Assembly: GCA_013360745.1 (NCBI GenBank)
Contig: JABWBA010000004.1
Span: 13,275-77,274, forward strand
Length of the DNA stretch: 64,000 nt
Reading direction: 5' to 3'
Origin: Chthonomonadales bacterium
GTDB taxonomy: Bacteria; Armatimonadota; Chthonomonadetes; Chthonomonadales; CAJBBX01
In this document: positions 63,698-64,000 of the stretch, one piece after another
How positions within the stretch are numbered: position 1 is the first letter of the stretch
Layout of the letters: every line of letters starts with the position of its first letter
The notes under the pieces: generated by a model
Database searches by the model: none
What the model was told of the DNA's origin: nothing
What the model saw: the letters and a program-made list of their open reading frames with translations, nothing else
Translations under genes and position numbers: made by a program

Positions 63698-64000
63698 ATG
63701 ATGACGGAGTGTCGTGGTTGCTCGCGTGGTGGGGTACACCACCGCCGCGCACGGACTGGCCTGTGCAGTACGACCGCTCTCCGCAGCCTGCTCCGACGCC
63801 GACTGGTTGCCATGATCGTCCCGGTTTTTCCCCTCGTTGTCGCACTGGTTGCGCCGGTTGCCGCTGCCGTGGAATGCAGGATATGGTGGGGCACGCTGCC
63901 GGGCCAGGACCCGCTGGATCGCTTCCCAACCTACCTGAGCGGAACGCGTGTGGCAGCGTTCAGCCCCTACCCCCTTCTGTCAGATCGCGATGAGATCACT
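63698..64000 (+). CDS. Hypothetical membrane/secreted protein (N-terminal part; runs off window end)
   Basis: AGGAGG 7 nt upstream of ATGATG. The frame is open to the window end. Translation reads MMTECRGC...LLRRRLVAMIVPVFPLVVALVAPVAAA (signal or anchor), then ...WWGTLPGQDPLDRFPTYLSG.... It is not in the track because there is no in-window stop. Confidence 0.45.
   Translation, partial: MMTECRGCSRGGVHHRRARTGLCSTTALRSLLRRRLVAMIVPVFPLVVALVAPVAAAVECRIWWGTLPGQDPLDRFPTYLSGTRVAAFSPYPLLSDRDEIT

Noticed and set aside
1-64000. Search for CRISPR arrays, rRNA/tRNA genes, transposases, integrases, phage genes and toxin-antitoxin pairs
   Set aside because: Reading by eye, I found no regularly spaced direct repeats, no rRNA or tRNA hallmarks, and no recombinase, transposase or phage-like translations in any listed ORF. 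A computational scan (tRNAscan-SE, Infernal, ISfinder) would be needed to be certain.

Overview
High-GC, densely coding bacterial chromosomal segment with about 55 protein genes. I recognised no rRNA, tRNA, CRISPR array, transposase or integrase. Most of it is housekeeping operons: surE / M28-PDZ peptidase / TolB-like (minus strand, 1-nt TGATG junctions); an isolated dnaN; mnmA / DUF948 / YtxH / AI-2E transporter; purE; NAD-type isocitrate dehydrogenase; pdxS; tpx; secDF / lapA-like / recJ / rel / dtd; kdgK / eda plus two sugar-ABC permeases and a lipoprotein binding protein; and Rrf2 / sufB / sufC / sufD / sufS / sufU / sufT. The standout is a complete pupylation and 20S proteasome locus at 17640-24359, ordered arc(mpa), dop, small modifier, prcB, prcA, pafA. 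Its 59-codon modifier gene (21013-21192) is absent from the supplied ORF track and ends ...RYRQRSGQ. That tail looks like the non-actinobacterial UBact branch of Pup rather than the classical GGQ/GGE Pup. The family is already described but rare, and this copy has some unexplained details, such as an ARC tail with no GQYL-type docking motif. Accessory-looking spots: (i) 6.9-8.5 kb holds a TCCTAC repeat array, a secreted protein with a possible Cys-Gln thioester-domain signature, and an unlisted 45-codon Cys-containing peptide gene with a RiPP-leader-like N-terminus; (ii) 57-60 kb holds a roughly 0.5 kb non-coding gap, two hypothetical genes and a truncated RHS/YD-repeat remnant cut off by the 3' end of a convergent 1202-aa glycoside-hydrolase-like gene; (iii) two tandem GT39 (ArnT/PMT-like) glycosyltransferases are translationally coupled to a clan-GH-A-like protein. 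Many long ORFs in the track are antisense shadow ORFs typical of high-GC DNA and were rejected. All calls rest on reading translations and motifs by eye; no database search was possible.
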